A stretch of DNA of 61,898 nucleotides from a virus, in the IMG/VR virus record IMGVR_UViG_3300025534_000213, positions 129,576-191,473 of that record; one strand, written 5' to 3'. A model generated the notes under the pieces. It was given only the letters and a program-made list of their open reading frames with translations, made no database searches and was not told the origin of the DNA. This document shows positions 20,486-31,501 of this stretch, piece after piece; position 1 is the stretch's first letter, and every line of letters begins with the position of its first letter. A program made the translations under genes and the position numbers.

Positions 20486-20580
20486 GGTAGCGGGCTTTTT
20501 CAAATGAGTGCCCGATATTTATACTTGACCGTTACCCGAACCACTGATATTCAGTAAAAAGAACGGAGTTTCAGAAAGCC

Positions 20581-21501
20581 ATGTCGTTCTGCCTTGTCTG
20601 CAAGGTCGCGCGCGTCGAGGATCACCCGAACGCCGACCGCCTGTCCCTTGTGATCGTCGCGCTCCCGGCAGGCGATTCCAGCGGGGCGACCGAGGAAACC
20701 GTCGTCGTGGCAAAGCGGGACGATGGCTCCCATCCTTTCCAGCCCGGTGACCTTGCGGTCCGCATCCCGAGCGGCGCCATCCTGCCGGACTGGCTGCTCG
20801 ACGATCTCGGGTACTTCGACTACAAAACGGGCATGGGTCGCCTATCCGGCAAGGATCGCAATCAGGTCCAGCCGGTCCAGCAGCACGGAATAGTCTCGAA
20901 AAGCCTCCTCTATGCGACGGTTCCGGCGCCTGACGGAGCGGGCGACCGTGCTGTGGCATACTGGAAGGAGACGGCATCAAAGACGAGCTATGAGCGCGTG
21001 TTCGGTGGCGAGAACGTGGCGAAACTGCTGGGCGTCACCTTCCCTCGGACGGTATCCGTCCAGTCTCCGCCCGACGACCGTCCCATGGAGGATCGGAAAT
21101 ACACCTTTTGCGGCTGGATCGTCTTGGGATCGGACGGGGATTATAACAATGCCCTCTATCTGATCGACCATCGAACCGGCCGCTTCGGCCCCCCGTTGGC
21201 GGCGCAGGTCTATTCCGTGACCGGGTACGGCCACAAGCAGATCACGGTGAATTACCACATCACCGACGAGCCATTCAGTGAGGACGAGTTGGTCTCGATG
21301 CTGGTGGCCCGCATATGTGGCGTAACCCACGAGGGAGAAGCCGAAAACCGGTACTTCCACCGCTATTCGGAGATGACCGGCTATCTCTGGACCGACGAGT
21401 ACTTCAGGGTCGGCGGCCACGACGTGATCGAGGAGCTTCGCAGCTATAGTGGGAAGTGGTGCCACCTTACGGTCACTGTCCACGACAAGGTTCGCCGCTG
21501 A
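20581..21501 (+). CDS. protein with RNA-ligase-like OB (tRNA-binding) N-terminus and unrelated C-terminus
   Basis: 'EDHPNADRLS...GDL...IP.GAILPDWLL...GRLSG.DRNQV' matches the N-terminus of the ligase at 13851. Confidence 0.7.
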   Translation: MSFCLVCKVARVEDHPNADRLSLVIVALPAGDSSGATEETVVVAKRDDGSHPFQPGDLAVRIPSGAILPDWLLDDLGYFDYKTGMGRLSGKDRNQVQPVQQHGIVSKSLLYATVPAPDGAGDRAVAYWKETASKTSYERVFGGENVAKLLGVTFPRTVSVQSPPDDRPMEDRKYTFCGWIVLGSDGDYNNALYLIDHRTGRFGPPLAAQVYSVTGYGHKQITVNYHITDEPFSEDELVSMLVARICGVTHEGEAENRYFHRYSEMTGYLWTDEYFRVGGHDVIEELRSYSGKWCHLTVTVHDKVRR

Positions 21502-21556
21502 TGCCGTGCGGGATTTCCGGCCGAAACCGGCACCGTGATGTCGAGAAAACAGGCTG

Positions 21557-22345
21557 ATGCACTGGATCATTCAGGACAACCTCCACCGCGAGGATGGCTT
21601 CGTCAGCCTGCTCGACACCTCGGAGCGGCGGGCGATCCCGCATGATGTGGTCAAGGTGCTGCCGTTCAGCGATCATCTCGATCCGGCCGAGCGGATGATT
21701 CCGCAGGTCAACCCGGCCGGTCCAGTGATGGTCAGCGGGTCAACGGGGCTGTCCAAGATCGCCAAGCAGCGTGGTTGGACGCCCGGTAGCTTCCTGAATG
21801 AGAACCACGACTACCGGGTCTGGCAGAAGCACTACGGCGCCCACCTCCTGAACGCCGAAGCGCGCATCTGCCGCTTTGCGGATGTCGAACCCGTCTGGTC
21901 GCCGTTCTTCTTGCGGCCTTGCGATGACAGCAAGGCGTTCGCGGGGACGGTGATCGACTGGGACAGCTTCCGCGATTGGCGGCGCCGGGTGATCGACCTG
22001 AACGAGACCTATACCTCCCTCAGTGGCGACACGATGGTCTCCTACGGTCCGGTCAAGAAGATTCTCAGAGAGTACCGGTTCTTCGTGGTGGACGGCCGGG
22101 TGGTCACCCAGTCGGTCTACAAGATCGGCCCGCGTGTGGTCTACCAGCCGCATGTGGACGGTGACGCCATCGCCTATGCGCAGAGCATGGTTGACCTCTG
22201 GCAGCCTGCGCGGGCCTTCGTGATCGATGTGGCGCTGACCACGGAGGGCCACCGTGTCATCGAGATCAACTGCATCAATAGTGCAGGTTTCTATGCCATC
22301 GACGTGCAGAAGTTCGTCGCTGCCATCGAAGCCATGGAGTTATGA
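21557..22345 (+). CDS. ATP-grasp protein (R2K/DUF4343-like)
   Basis: 'FFLRP...KAFAG', 'EYRFFVVDG', 'FVIDVA...IEINCINSAGFY'. Confidence 0.85.
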   Translation: MHWIIQDNLHREDGFVSLLDTSERRAIPHDVVKVLPFSDHLDPAERMIPQVNPAGPVMVSGSTGLSKIAKQRGWTPGSFLNENHDYRVWQKHYGAHLLNAEARICRFADVEPVWSPFFLRPCDDSKAFAGTVIDWDSFRDWRRRVIDLNETYTSLSGDTMVSYGPVKKILREYRFFVVDGRVVTQSVYKIGPRVVYQPHVDGDAIAYAQSMVDLWQPARAFVIDVALTTEGHRVIEINCINSAGFYAIDVQKFVAAIEAMEL

Positions 22346-22442
22346 GGCGATCAGCCTGCAATGACCCGCGCGACGGGTGATGGATCACGTTCGAATCACC
22401 CACAGTCCTCGTCCACGTCAAGAGGTGCTTCGAGGGGGTGGC

Positions 22443-22937
22443 CTAGACCAGCAACACGGCGCTGGCAAGGAACGACCTGACTGTCTCGAAGCAGGGACCA
22501 CCGACGACAAGCCGGGCGGAGACCACGCCCGGCGCGACATGGCATACCGGCACCGAGGCGACAACGATGCTGGTTCCGTGGCGCGAGATGGAGGTCAGGC
22601 GCATCGGGCAGAACATCGTCTCCTCCCCCGTGCCGAACATCTTGAAGTTTTCCAGAAGCGTTATCCGGAAGTCGGCGACTTCGATGTCGTGATAGGAGTG
22701 CGCCGGGTTGCGCTCGTCCGTGTAGTAGATGCGCTCGTAGAGGTTGGAAACGGCCTGATCGACCTCACCGGCATGGTCGTCGTCATAGGTGATGAGGTAC
22801 TCGTGGCCGATGCGCTCGTAGGCGAAGCTGCTGTTGTGGAGGATGGCGCTGTACCGTCCGAGAAGCGCCGTCAGGGGCGCCAGTACGTCTCGACCTGTTT
22901 GAAGCCCGATGGACGGGGCGCGATCAACTGGGTGCAT
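22443..22937 (-). CDS. hypothetical protein (3' end uncertain)
   Basis: 164-aa ORF. Confidence 0.5.
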   Translation of the reverse strand: MHPVDRAPSIGLQTGRDVLAPLTALLGRYSAILHNSSFAYERIGHEYLITYDDDHAGEVDQAVSNLYERIYYTDERNPAHSYHDIEVADFRITLLENFKMFGTGEETMFCPMRLTSISRHGTSIVVASVPVCHVAPGVVSARLVVGGPCFETVRSFLASAVLLV

Positions 22938-23118
22938 GGCTCCGGGAATGAGGGCGCTGCGCGAAGTAGCCGAGCGCGGCGGCTAGACATTCGGTGGTGA
23001 AGGCCAAGGCGCCGCCGTAGGTCAGTCCGAAGATTGGCATGACGAACGGGCCAATGATATCCGCAAGCAGCACCAAGCCGCAGGCCATCACCAGAGTCCG
23101 TAAGCTCTCGCTGCTCAA
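22924..23118 (-). CDS. small membrane protein
   Basis: Two hydrophobic helices. Confidence 0.5.
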   Translation of the reverse strand: MSSESLRTLVMACGLVLLADIIGPFVMPIFGLTYGGALAFTTECLAAALGYFAQRPHSRSHAPS

Positions 23119-23330
23119 CAGGGTCCCGGAGGGATGTTGCCCTCCGCCTCAGCTTTGTTCATCACGTCGAGCATCCAGCGAAGCATCGCAGGGCTCGGCC
23201 AGTACTCGGCGAGATCGGTGCTCCGCTTGGGCGCCTTGAACACCTGAGAAGCGCCCCGGAACATGCGGACGGCATCCTCGCTCTCATCCGCGTGCCAAGG
23301 GTCTCCTTCGTAGATGGTAGTATCGGTCAT
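23115..23330 (-). CDS. hypothetical protein
   Basis: 71 aa; TAAATA at 23351-23356. Confidence 0.55.
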   Translation of the reverse strand: MTDTTIYEGDPWHADESEDAVRMFRGASQVFKAPKRSTDLAEYWPSPAMLRWMLDVMNKAEAEGNIPPGPC

Positions 23331-23369
23331 GATGGGCCTTTCTGTGCGGCTATTTAGCCTCGGCCTTCA

Positions 23370-24263
23370 TCAGGCCGATGGCGAATAGCGGTCCAGAACC
23401 GCCCGCAGGTCGCCGATCAGCGCATCAAGGGATGGGTTGCGCGCCACCGCCGTGGACAGGCTGCCGTAATGTGCCTCAAGGCATTCGAGAAGCACCTGCT
23501 TGATCCGCTCCTCGTCGGGCGCGTGCCGCAGCGTGCTCTTGGCGTACACCTCCTCAAGCGACCGCTCCTTCATGGCGAAGTATTCCTCGATCTGCTCACG
23601 GGTCCACTCGCCACGTCGGATCGACTTCAACTGCTCCCGGTTCCGCTCAAGGTCGAGATCGTGTTCGACCATGATCTGCTCGACCTCGTTGAGCAGCCGC
23701 ACCAGATGATAGGCGAATTTGGTGGAGTAACCGTACTTCTCGATATCGGCGGCGCGCTTCTCGTTCGCGTAGTTCACCTTGTTCCGAATCTTGCTCGCTT
23801 GGCTGTAGGCATATCCTTTGAATTTGTGCCATGCGCCCTTGTGCAAGAACAGACGACGGTTCGCCCGGACATGCTCACCAATCACCGTAGAATGCAGCAC
23901 GCACCGACGCGGCGTGAAGATGCTGTCGAGCATGTTCGGATTGTTTTCCATGCACAGGTGGAAGTACTTCACGATCCCATACACCGCGAAGTCATATTCC
24001 ACCTCGCGGTCGGGGTGCCGGACATGGTGCTCGCTCCACTGCTCGAACCGTTGAATCTGCCGCCCGAAGCCGGGGATTTCGCCCGCCAGATGGGGGAACA
24101 CGAGTTCCTTGGGTGGGATGCAGAAACCATACACGTCCACATCCGAGGAGGAGCCATCGACCCCATACGCGGCCGAACCCATGATGGTGAGGTACTGGGT
24201 ATTGGCGATCAGCCATTTCGGTGGATGGATGAGGTTCGCTCCAGCGAGCTTCTGCAATAGCAT
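23370..24263 (-). CDS. Pol-beta superfamily nucleotidyltransferase (phage NrdC.11/RlaP-like)
   Basis: 'GSAAYG....SDVDVYG', 'NNPNMLD', 'KFAYHLVRLL', 'IRRG'. Confidence 0.85.
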   Translation of the reverse strand: MLLQKLAGANLIHPPKWLIANTQYLTIMGSAAYGVDGSSSDVDVYGFCIPPKELVFPHLAGEIPGFGRQIQRFEQWSEHHVRHPDREVEYDFAVYGIVKYFHLCMENNPNMLDSIFTPRRCVLHSTVIGEHVRANRRLFLHKGAWHKFKGYAYSQASKIRNKVNYANEKRAADIEKYGYSTKFAYHLVRLLNEVEQIMVEHDLDLERNREQLKSIRRGEWTREQIEEYFAMKERSLEEVYAKSTLRHAPDEERIKQVLLECLEAHYGSLSTAVARNPSLDALIGDLRAVLDRYSPSA

Positions 24264-24540
24264 TGTTCGACCAACTAAAATCGGTTTTAAGGCCAATTAT
24301 TGCATTGCGCCTTGATCTGGGGAGATCGGGCCTTGGCGCCAAGGCCCAACCGGTGGACAACAATCGAGACTGGAACAATACCACCGACCCCGAAATCCGG
24401 CGCTTCTTGCAGGAGGACGCAGCCGAAGGGCGCCGGGACTGCGACTGACAGAGCTTGACGATCTGCGGTCCACGGCAGGTGAAGCCTTGAACCGAGCCGC
24501 CGAGGCCGGGGCGTGGGTTGTTGGATGGTGATCTGGCGCC

Positions 24541-24915
24541 TCAGTGGGCGCCGTAGGGTAGGATTTCCTCGAAGTTCACGGCCTCGCTGTAGTAGCCGTT
24601 CGAGGAGCCGTACCAGCGGATCGTCACCGAGCCCTTGATGGTAGCGATCTCGTAGAAGGTCCACGTGTAGGTACTGTACCCTTCGGCGCCGCTCTCGCTA
24701 CGTTCCTCAGCACGCAGGACCTCGCTGCCGATCAGGTCATTGAGGTCGCCCACGATGTCCTCGATCTCCACCATCTCGCAGCACTCCTGCTGATGGTACA
24801 TCTGAAACCGACGGCCGTCCTCTGTGGTGAAGATCAGCTTGTCGCCACGATTCTCGATCTTGGTGAGGGTCATCCCTCGCAGGGTACTGAAGTCGATGCT
24901 CGCACTATAGAACAT
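24541..24915 (-). CDS. conserved phage protein ('YH.QxCCE' ... 'WYGSSNGYYSE')
   Basis: Motifs common in small phage proteins. Confidence 0.75.
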   Translation of the reverse strand: MFYSASIDFSTLRGMTLTKIENRGDKLIFTTEDGRRFQMYHQQECCEMVEIEDIVGDLNDLIGSEVLRAEERSESGAEGYSTYTWTFYEIATIKGSVTIRWYGSSNGYYSEAVNFEEILPYGAH

Positions 24916-24977
24916 GGAAATGCCTTTCTGAAAGGGGGTTTCGGTAACCGAGGCGAGACCGGTCGGCAGGAATGCCG

Positions 24978-25589
24978 TCACCGGTCGCCCTCAATGAACC
25001 GGCCGATGCCGTCCGGCCTTGTCTCCTTGACGCGACGGATCATCCGGTCGATGAGACCGGCCTCATCCGTGATTGGTGCGCCGCTGGTGCAGGCTTCGCG
25101 AAGCGCCGCCAGCAGATGCGCGAGCGCCTCATCGGTCCGGAGGCTGTCCAGAGCCGAAGCTGCGTCGGCGAGGAGCCGCTCCACAGGCGTCATGGTGCCC
25201 TTGGCAGGCTCCACCGTGAGGTTGAACCAGCCCTCCATCCCGGCGCAGTCATGGTCATAGGCGACTGTGGCGGTCAGGCCGTTCTCATCCAGCCACGCGG
25301 CAAAATCCCGCCACAGATGGTGGTCGGGATGCTCCGGCGCGCTGATGGGCGTCCGATATTGCCCGTTCTCCAGAAAGACCGACGGGAGCCTGAAAGGACG
25401 GAGGGGACGGCTGCGCTCGATGGCGGAGATGACGCTCTCCTTGATGTCCTCGAAGGCATTCCGGATCGCCCGCTTGTGGCGCCGGGTCGCCTCCATGGCG
25501 TCGTCGATCCACGCCTGTTTGCGCGTGACATGCACGCGGGGGACGGCGGCCATCTGGGCGCGGAGGCGGTCACCAAGGGTCTGAGACAT
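24978..25589 (-). CDS. hypothetical protein
   Basis: 203-aa ORF with phage-like codon use. Confidence 0.65.
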   Translation of the reverse strand: MSQTLGDRLRAQMAAVPRVHVTRKQAWIDDAMEATRRHKRAIRNAFEDIKESVISAIERSRPLRPFRLPSVFLENGQYRTPISAPEHPDHHLWRDFAAWLDENGLTATVAYDHDCAGMEGWFNLTVEPAKGTMTPVERLLADAASALDSLRTDEALAHLLAALREACTSGAPITDEAGLIDRMIRRVKETRPDGIGRFIEGDR

Positions 25590-25665
25590 GGAATCTGGCC
25601 TTTCTATCCTTATATCGGGAGAACCTCAGGATTGCGGTACGGGTATCCGCGAAAAGCGGTGCGCC

Positions 25666-26067
25666 TCAGAGAAGGCGCATCCGCTGCACGTATTTCGGCA
25701 GGCCGCTGCGGGGTGTTGGACCAACGGCCATGCAGGTTACGGTCGGCTCTGTGAACTCGGTCCGTCCGGCATCCGTCACCACGCAGACCGGGAGGCCCGC
25801 CGCTCGGCATTCCTCGGCTGCACGCCGGATGGCGTTCAGGTTCTTGGCCCGGACGGCGATCTTCCCCTGCTGGCCGGAAAGATAGGTTTCGAGGCCGGGG
25901 TGACCGGCTCGCCGCGCCGCCTCGACCACACCCACACCCACAAACGCGTGCCCGGCCTGCGCCATGGCCTTTCCGGGCGACATGGTGATGTCCTCCCGTA
26001 CCAGAAGATAGAGGCGCGGCTCGTCCTCGCTGCGCTCGCCGGGGATGCCGATGATGTCGTCGGTCAT
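25666..26067 (-). CDS. pth2: peptidyl-tRNA hydrolase type 2
   Basis: 'MSPGKAMAQAGHA', 'KIAV', 'DAGRTE', 'TCMAVGP'. Confidence 0.9.
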   Translation of the reverse strand: MTDDIIGIPGERSEDEPRLYLLVREDITMSPGKAMAQAGHAFVGVGVVEAARRAGHPGLETYLSGQQGKIAVRAKNLNAIRRAAEECRAAGLPVCVVTDAGRTEFTEPTVTCMAVGPTPRSGLPKYVQRMRLL

Positions 26068-26389
26068 GGTGTCGTTCTCAAATGGCGTTGTCAGGTGGGC
26101 GCGTCGCGGGGACCGTGTACATCGCTCGCGTTGGATTGCCGCGCGCCGAGCAGAGGCAGAATCGTCTCCGCCGTCGGGTCAATGACGGCTATGCGGACCC
26201 AACCCGGCCTGCCCGCATTGGGCCTCCGCGCCAGCGCCCCTCACCGAGTAGGTCATTGAGGTAGGGCGTCATCTTCGATTTGGCGCGCCGCCAGACCGAG
26301 GTATGCAGCCACTCTCGTCGGCCGGTATCCCTTCATTTTCTGGCGGTACGGCGTGGCGCCACCGCCGCGATTACGGAAACCCATGAGTG

Positions 26390-26635
26390 TCAGCCCTTCG
26401 CTTTGCGGACCGCCTTGGCAGCCTCGGTGTTGTCCCCGAGCGTGCAGTAGAACCACGTCGGGTTGCTCTTGCCGCCCACCACGTCCTGCTTGGCCCGCTC
26501 GACAAGGCTGCGGCTACCCACGGTGGGGCGAGCCCCGGCGGTCGTGAGCGCGACGATCTCGGTCGGGGTGAGATAGGCACCCCACTCCCGGCCAGACTGG
26601 TGTTGCAGTTTGCGGGCCGCGCTTTGCAGGCTCAT
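26390..26635 (-). CDS. hypothetical protein
   Basis: MSLQSAAR..., GGAG SD. Confidence 0.55.
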   Translation of the reverse strand: MSLQSAARKLQHQSGREWGAYLTPTEIVALTTAGARPTVGSRSLVERAKQDVVGGKSNPTWFYCTLGDNTEAAKAVRKAKG

Positions 26636-26726
26636 GACCGTCTCCAAATCGCTTTTGACCCGTTCTACCGCATCGCACCAGATCGTCAAGAAAAATCTGG
26701 TGCAATGAACCGAGTTGTTCGATATT

Positions 26727-27054
26727 TCAGGCAGGCGGAGGCAGGTGGGGAGGCTGCTCCTCCCAGTCCTCCATCCACACCGCCTCGTTCTCGACCGGGT
26801 CGCAGATGCCGACCCGCCGGACCCACACTTTCTGCACAAACCCAGTTAGCTGGGCCGTGAAAGCGATTTCCGGTGACGACACAATCTACCAGATGCCCGT
26901 CATGTCCTTGTGTACGACCCGGATTTTGGTTCCGGGCCGAGTCTCGGTCGGCATGTGCAACACCGTTCCGATGGGGGGGCGCGTGGTCGTCGATGATGTG
27001 CCCGACCTCCTTCCGCGTTTCGGCGTCGAACATGACGTAGTGGATACGGCTCAT
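26727..27054 (-). pseudogene. hypothetical gene with C7-run frameshift (26973-26979) and in-frame TAG (26886-26888)
   Basis: Removing one C gives 'HAPPIGTVLHMP...GIW*IVSS...WEEQPPHLPPPA'. Confidence 0.45.
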
Positions 27055-27074
27055 TGATGAGCGCCTTTCTGTTC

Positions 27075-27608
27075 TCAGGGATAGGCTTCGTGGAGGGCCT
27101 GCTCGATCAGGCGGACCTCAGACTCGGGATCGCCATCGGCCACGGCCTCGATCTGCTGCCGGTCCTGCACCGACATTTCGACCGGCTGTGCTTTCTCCTC
27201 CGTCGGCGCGCGGGGGTGCTTCGCCAGCACGTGTACCTCCTGCGTCTCCCCTTTGGGCAGCAGGTCGTCGCGGATCGCCATGAGCCGCAAATAGTCGGCG
27301 CGGGAGATGACGACCTCCTTCGCCTCCGGGGTCAGAGGCAGCGCCTTCGCGGCGATCTGGTCGAGGGCGAACTTGATCTGATACAGATCATCGCCGCCCA
27401 CACGGATGGCGCGATTGAAGGCGTTCTTTTCGCTGGTCATCAACGGTCTGCTGTCCTTCGGCTGCTGGGTCGGCCCGGTCAGGGCCGAAACCGGTGCGGT
27501 GGGAAGCGGCTCGACTTCCGGCCCTGCGGCGTCGCGCGGCTCCATCCTCAACCAACTCCCCCGCATTTCGTCTCGGGGCCTTTCTAACCGAACCCGGAAG
27601 GAAGTCAA
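27075..27608 (-). CDS. hypothetical protein
   Basis: 177-aa ORF; start uncertain. Confidence 0.5.
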   Translation of the reverse strand: MTSFRVRLERPRDEMRGSWLRMEPRDAAGPEVEPLPTAPVSALTGPTQQPKDSRPLMTSEKNAFNRAIRVGGDDLYQIKFALDQIAAKALPLTPEAKEVVISRADYLRLMAIRDDLLPKGETQEVHVLAKHPRAPTEEKAQPVEMSVQDRQQIEAVADGDPESEVRLIEQALHEAYP

Positions 27609-27701
27609 CGAAAAAAAATCGGTACGACTCTACCATATTTTAATAGTTCCATTCCGGTGGCCCGTCTGGTATGGTGCCGCCATTGCAGGAGGCCATTTGA
27701 G

Positions 27702-29128
<1,427 letters not shown>

Positions 29129-29129
<1 letters not shown>

Positions 29130-29650
29130 TGTCGGACCTTAATGAACTGACCGAGCGTGTGGATGACCTCGGGCTGAAATGGCGCCGGGTGATGCGCCCT
29201 GATTTCGTACCTCCATGCCCCATCTCTGAGGAAGGCTGGATCGGTATCGGCCTTATGAACGAATCGGAGATGGAGATGGAACTCCTGAACGGCTGGTTAC
29301 AGCGATTTGACCGGGACGAGGTGTACATCACCGATCACCTTTTGGGTCTTGTCGTTTTCACTTCAAGGGACTGGTTTGTGACCACTTCCCACAGATCGGT
29401 ATGGTTCCAGCAGGAAAGACACGCCAAAGCCTTCGTCGAAGCAGCAGCGCAGATTCCGAAACGGTCGCACGTCATTGAAATCGGCGGGACGGCTCCGCAC
29501 CCGCTTATTGCGGAGCGCCTCACCGGCCTCAACTACGCAATTCATCATACTTTCAACTCCGCAATCAACTGCTCTTTTCTGGTCGTTCAGGATTGCACGC
29601 AGATTGACGACATCAAAGTTTGCGCTGCTCTAACGCGGACCGGCATCTGA
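29129..29650 (+). CDS. hypothetical protein
   Basis: TGATG coupling to thrS. Confidence 0.65.
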
Positions 29651-29786
29651 GCGTTGGCGTTTGGGTGACAGCCCGGAGAACCAAAGCGACACACGCTCAT
29701 TTCACTTGCACGGAAGGTCCGGCGACTCTTGTCAAGCCGGATTACAGTTCCTACTCCTGACGATACCATTTAAGAGGAGACGGAAC

Positions 29787-30278
29787 ATGGCTCAGGGCGA
29801 ACATCAGAATGCGATAATCAAGGCAGCCCGCGAGGAGAAGGGCTTGTCGCAGGCGGCGCTCGGCAAAAGCCTCGGCAGGCTTGCCGTCTCGGGTGTTGCC
29901 ATCAGGAATTACGAAACCGGACGATCCCTGCCGGATTTCGACCGTGCGAAGAAGCTCGCGGCTGCGCTCGGCCTCGACATAGAGGAGATCGCATATTCCG
30001 ACCGGCAGCCTCGTGCGCGTCAGGCGCGGGGTGCGACCGAAGCAGAGAGACCGAAAGCACGTAGGGCCAAGACACGCAGGACGACGGCGCGCAGGTCTAG
30101 CGTACGTGCCCCGGCGAGAATCACCCGGCGCACAAAATCGCGCCGCGCAAGCACTCGGATCGAGGCCGTTGTGCTCACCAATCCGGAGGAGATCGCGGTG
30201 ATCGATGTAATAAGGGAACTGCCTGCCGCCGCCCGCCGCACGGTCGTCGGGATGTTGCTGGGCGCGGGTGGCCGATGA
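29787..30278 (+). CDS. XRE-family HTH regulator with Arg/Lys-rich linker
   Basis: 'AREEKGLSQAALG...IRNYETGRSLP...LAAALG'; GAGGAG SD. Confidence 0.85.
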   Translation: MAQGEHQNAIIKAAREEKGLSQAALGKSLGRLAVSGVAIRNYETGRSLPDFDRAKKLAAALGLDIEEIAYSDRQPRARQARGATEAERPKARRAKTRRTTARRSSVRAPARITRRTKSRRASTRIEAVVLTNPEEIAVIDVIRELPAAARRTVVGMLLGAGGR

Positions 30279-30304
30279 CCTGAAACAGCGACGCAGGGCG
30301 AGAT

Positions 30305-30333
30305 AAGGGGCGGGAGTAATCCCGCCCCTTTTT
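30305..30333. terminator. intrinsic terminator
   Basis: aaggggcggg-agtaat-cccgcccc-ttttt. Confidence 0.8.
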
Positions 30334-30335
30334 CA

Positions 30336-31472
30336 TCAGACCTTGAGGACTTTGTAGCCGATCTGATTGTTCGTGGTGAACCACAGGATTTTGGTGTTCA
30401 CATCGTAGGAGTGCAGACCTTCATGATACCGGTTGGAGGTATTGTACCAGCCTTTGATCCCGTCAAGCGTTCCCATGTTGAGCGGGAGACCGCCTTCCAT
30501 GCTTGTCGGGGCACTGACCTCAGCTACGCCATCCGAGAGGATGCGAAAAACGCGCGCATATGCGGTTGACTGGGCGACCGGACCTGTCCTGATGCCAAGA
30601 ACATGATTGTCGTCCAGAGCACAGAAGATGTCGAGGCCACCGCTGATGGTACCTCCGCCGGTCTGAATCGGCTGGTTGAGCGCGTTGCTCGTGATCGTTT
30701 GCAGGTTTACGCCATTGGACAGGCTGATGAAGGCGCGCCCGGCGGAGGCCGCGATACGCTGCGCGGAAGGCGCGGCGCCCGACCCCAAGGTCCCGCTGAT
30801 GTCGGTAACCACTTCGCCAGCGTTATCCAGAACCCTGAGGGCGATTAGGTTGCTGGAGCCGAGCGAGAGCCATTCGATCATGTCGGTCGTGTTCGGTACC
30901 GGGGACCATGCCGTCAAAAAACCGGCGCCTGTATAGTTGGTGGTGGAGCCGATCTCGATAGCGCCACCGATCTCCACGGTCGGTGTGCAGAGGTAATTAC
31001 TGGTGCTGCTATCGTTATAGCTCAAACGCAGTCTGGTCTCCGAAAGCTTGACGGCTTTGAACGAAGCGGAGGCGCTGGTACCCGGAGTGACGGCGAGTGC
31101 AACCCGCATCACGCTCCCCTCCGAAATTTCGTCCGTCAGCGGATCGATGGTAAGCCATTGCTGATGGATGGCGGAATTCGCGCCATTTCCGACACCATAG
31201 AGGACGAGGACGGAGTTTCCGCCATCAAACGCCAAAGCCCGCACATAGCTCGGGCGGACCGCCATATTCTGCCAGATGATGCGCGCCTCGCCTGTGGTGG
31301 GCGGTGTGGTGGGACCGTTATAGGTGACCACCTGTGCATACCAGTGGTTGGGGTTCTGCTGCCCGAACACGATCAGAAAGCGGTTGCCGTCAAGGTGGCA
31401 CCATGAACTGTTGTCGTTGGTGATGTTGAAGCTGCCACCGCCAATCGGCGTGGAAATCAGGTAACTGGCCAC
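30336..31472 (-). CDS. beta-rich putative virion protein (paralog A)
   Basis: Collinear similarity to 31502-32620 along its whole length. Confidence 0.75.
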   Translation of the reverse strand: MASYLISTPIGGGSFNITNDNSSWCHLDGNRFLIVFGQQNPNHWYAQVVTYNGPTTPPTTGEARIIWQNMAVRPSYVRALAFDGGNSVLVLYGVGNGANSAIHQQWLTIDPLTDEISEGSVMRVALAVTPGTSASASFKAVKLSETRLRLSYNDSSTSNYLCTPTVEIGGAIEIGSTTNYTGAGFLTAWSPVPNTTDMIEWLSLGSSNLIALRVLDNAGEVVTDISGTLGSGAAPSAQRIAASAGRAFISLSNGVNLQTITSNALNQPIQTGGGTISGGLDIFCALDDNHVLGIRTGPVAQSTAYARVFRILSDGVAEVSAPTSMEGGLPLNMGTLDGIKGWYNTSNRYHEGLHSYDVNTKILWFTTNNQIGYKVLKV

Positions 31473-31501
31473 TTGCAAAATCCTTTCTTAAATGAATTCA
31501 T

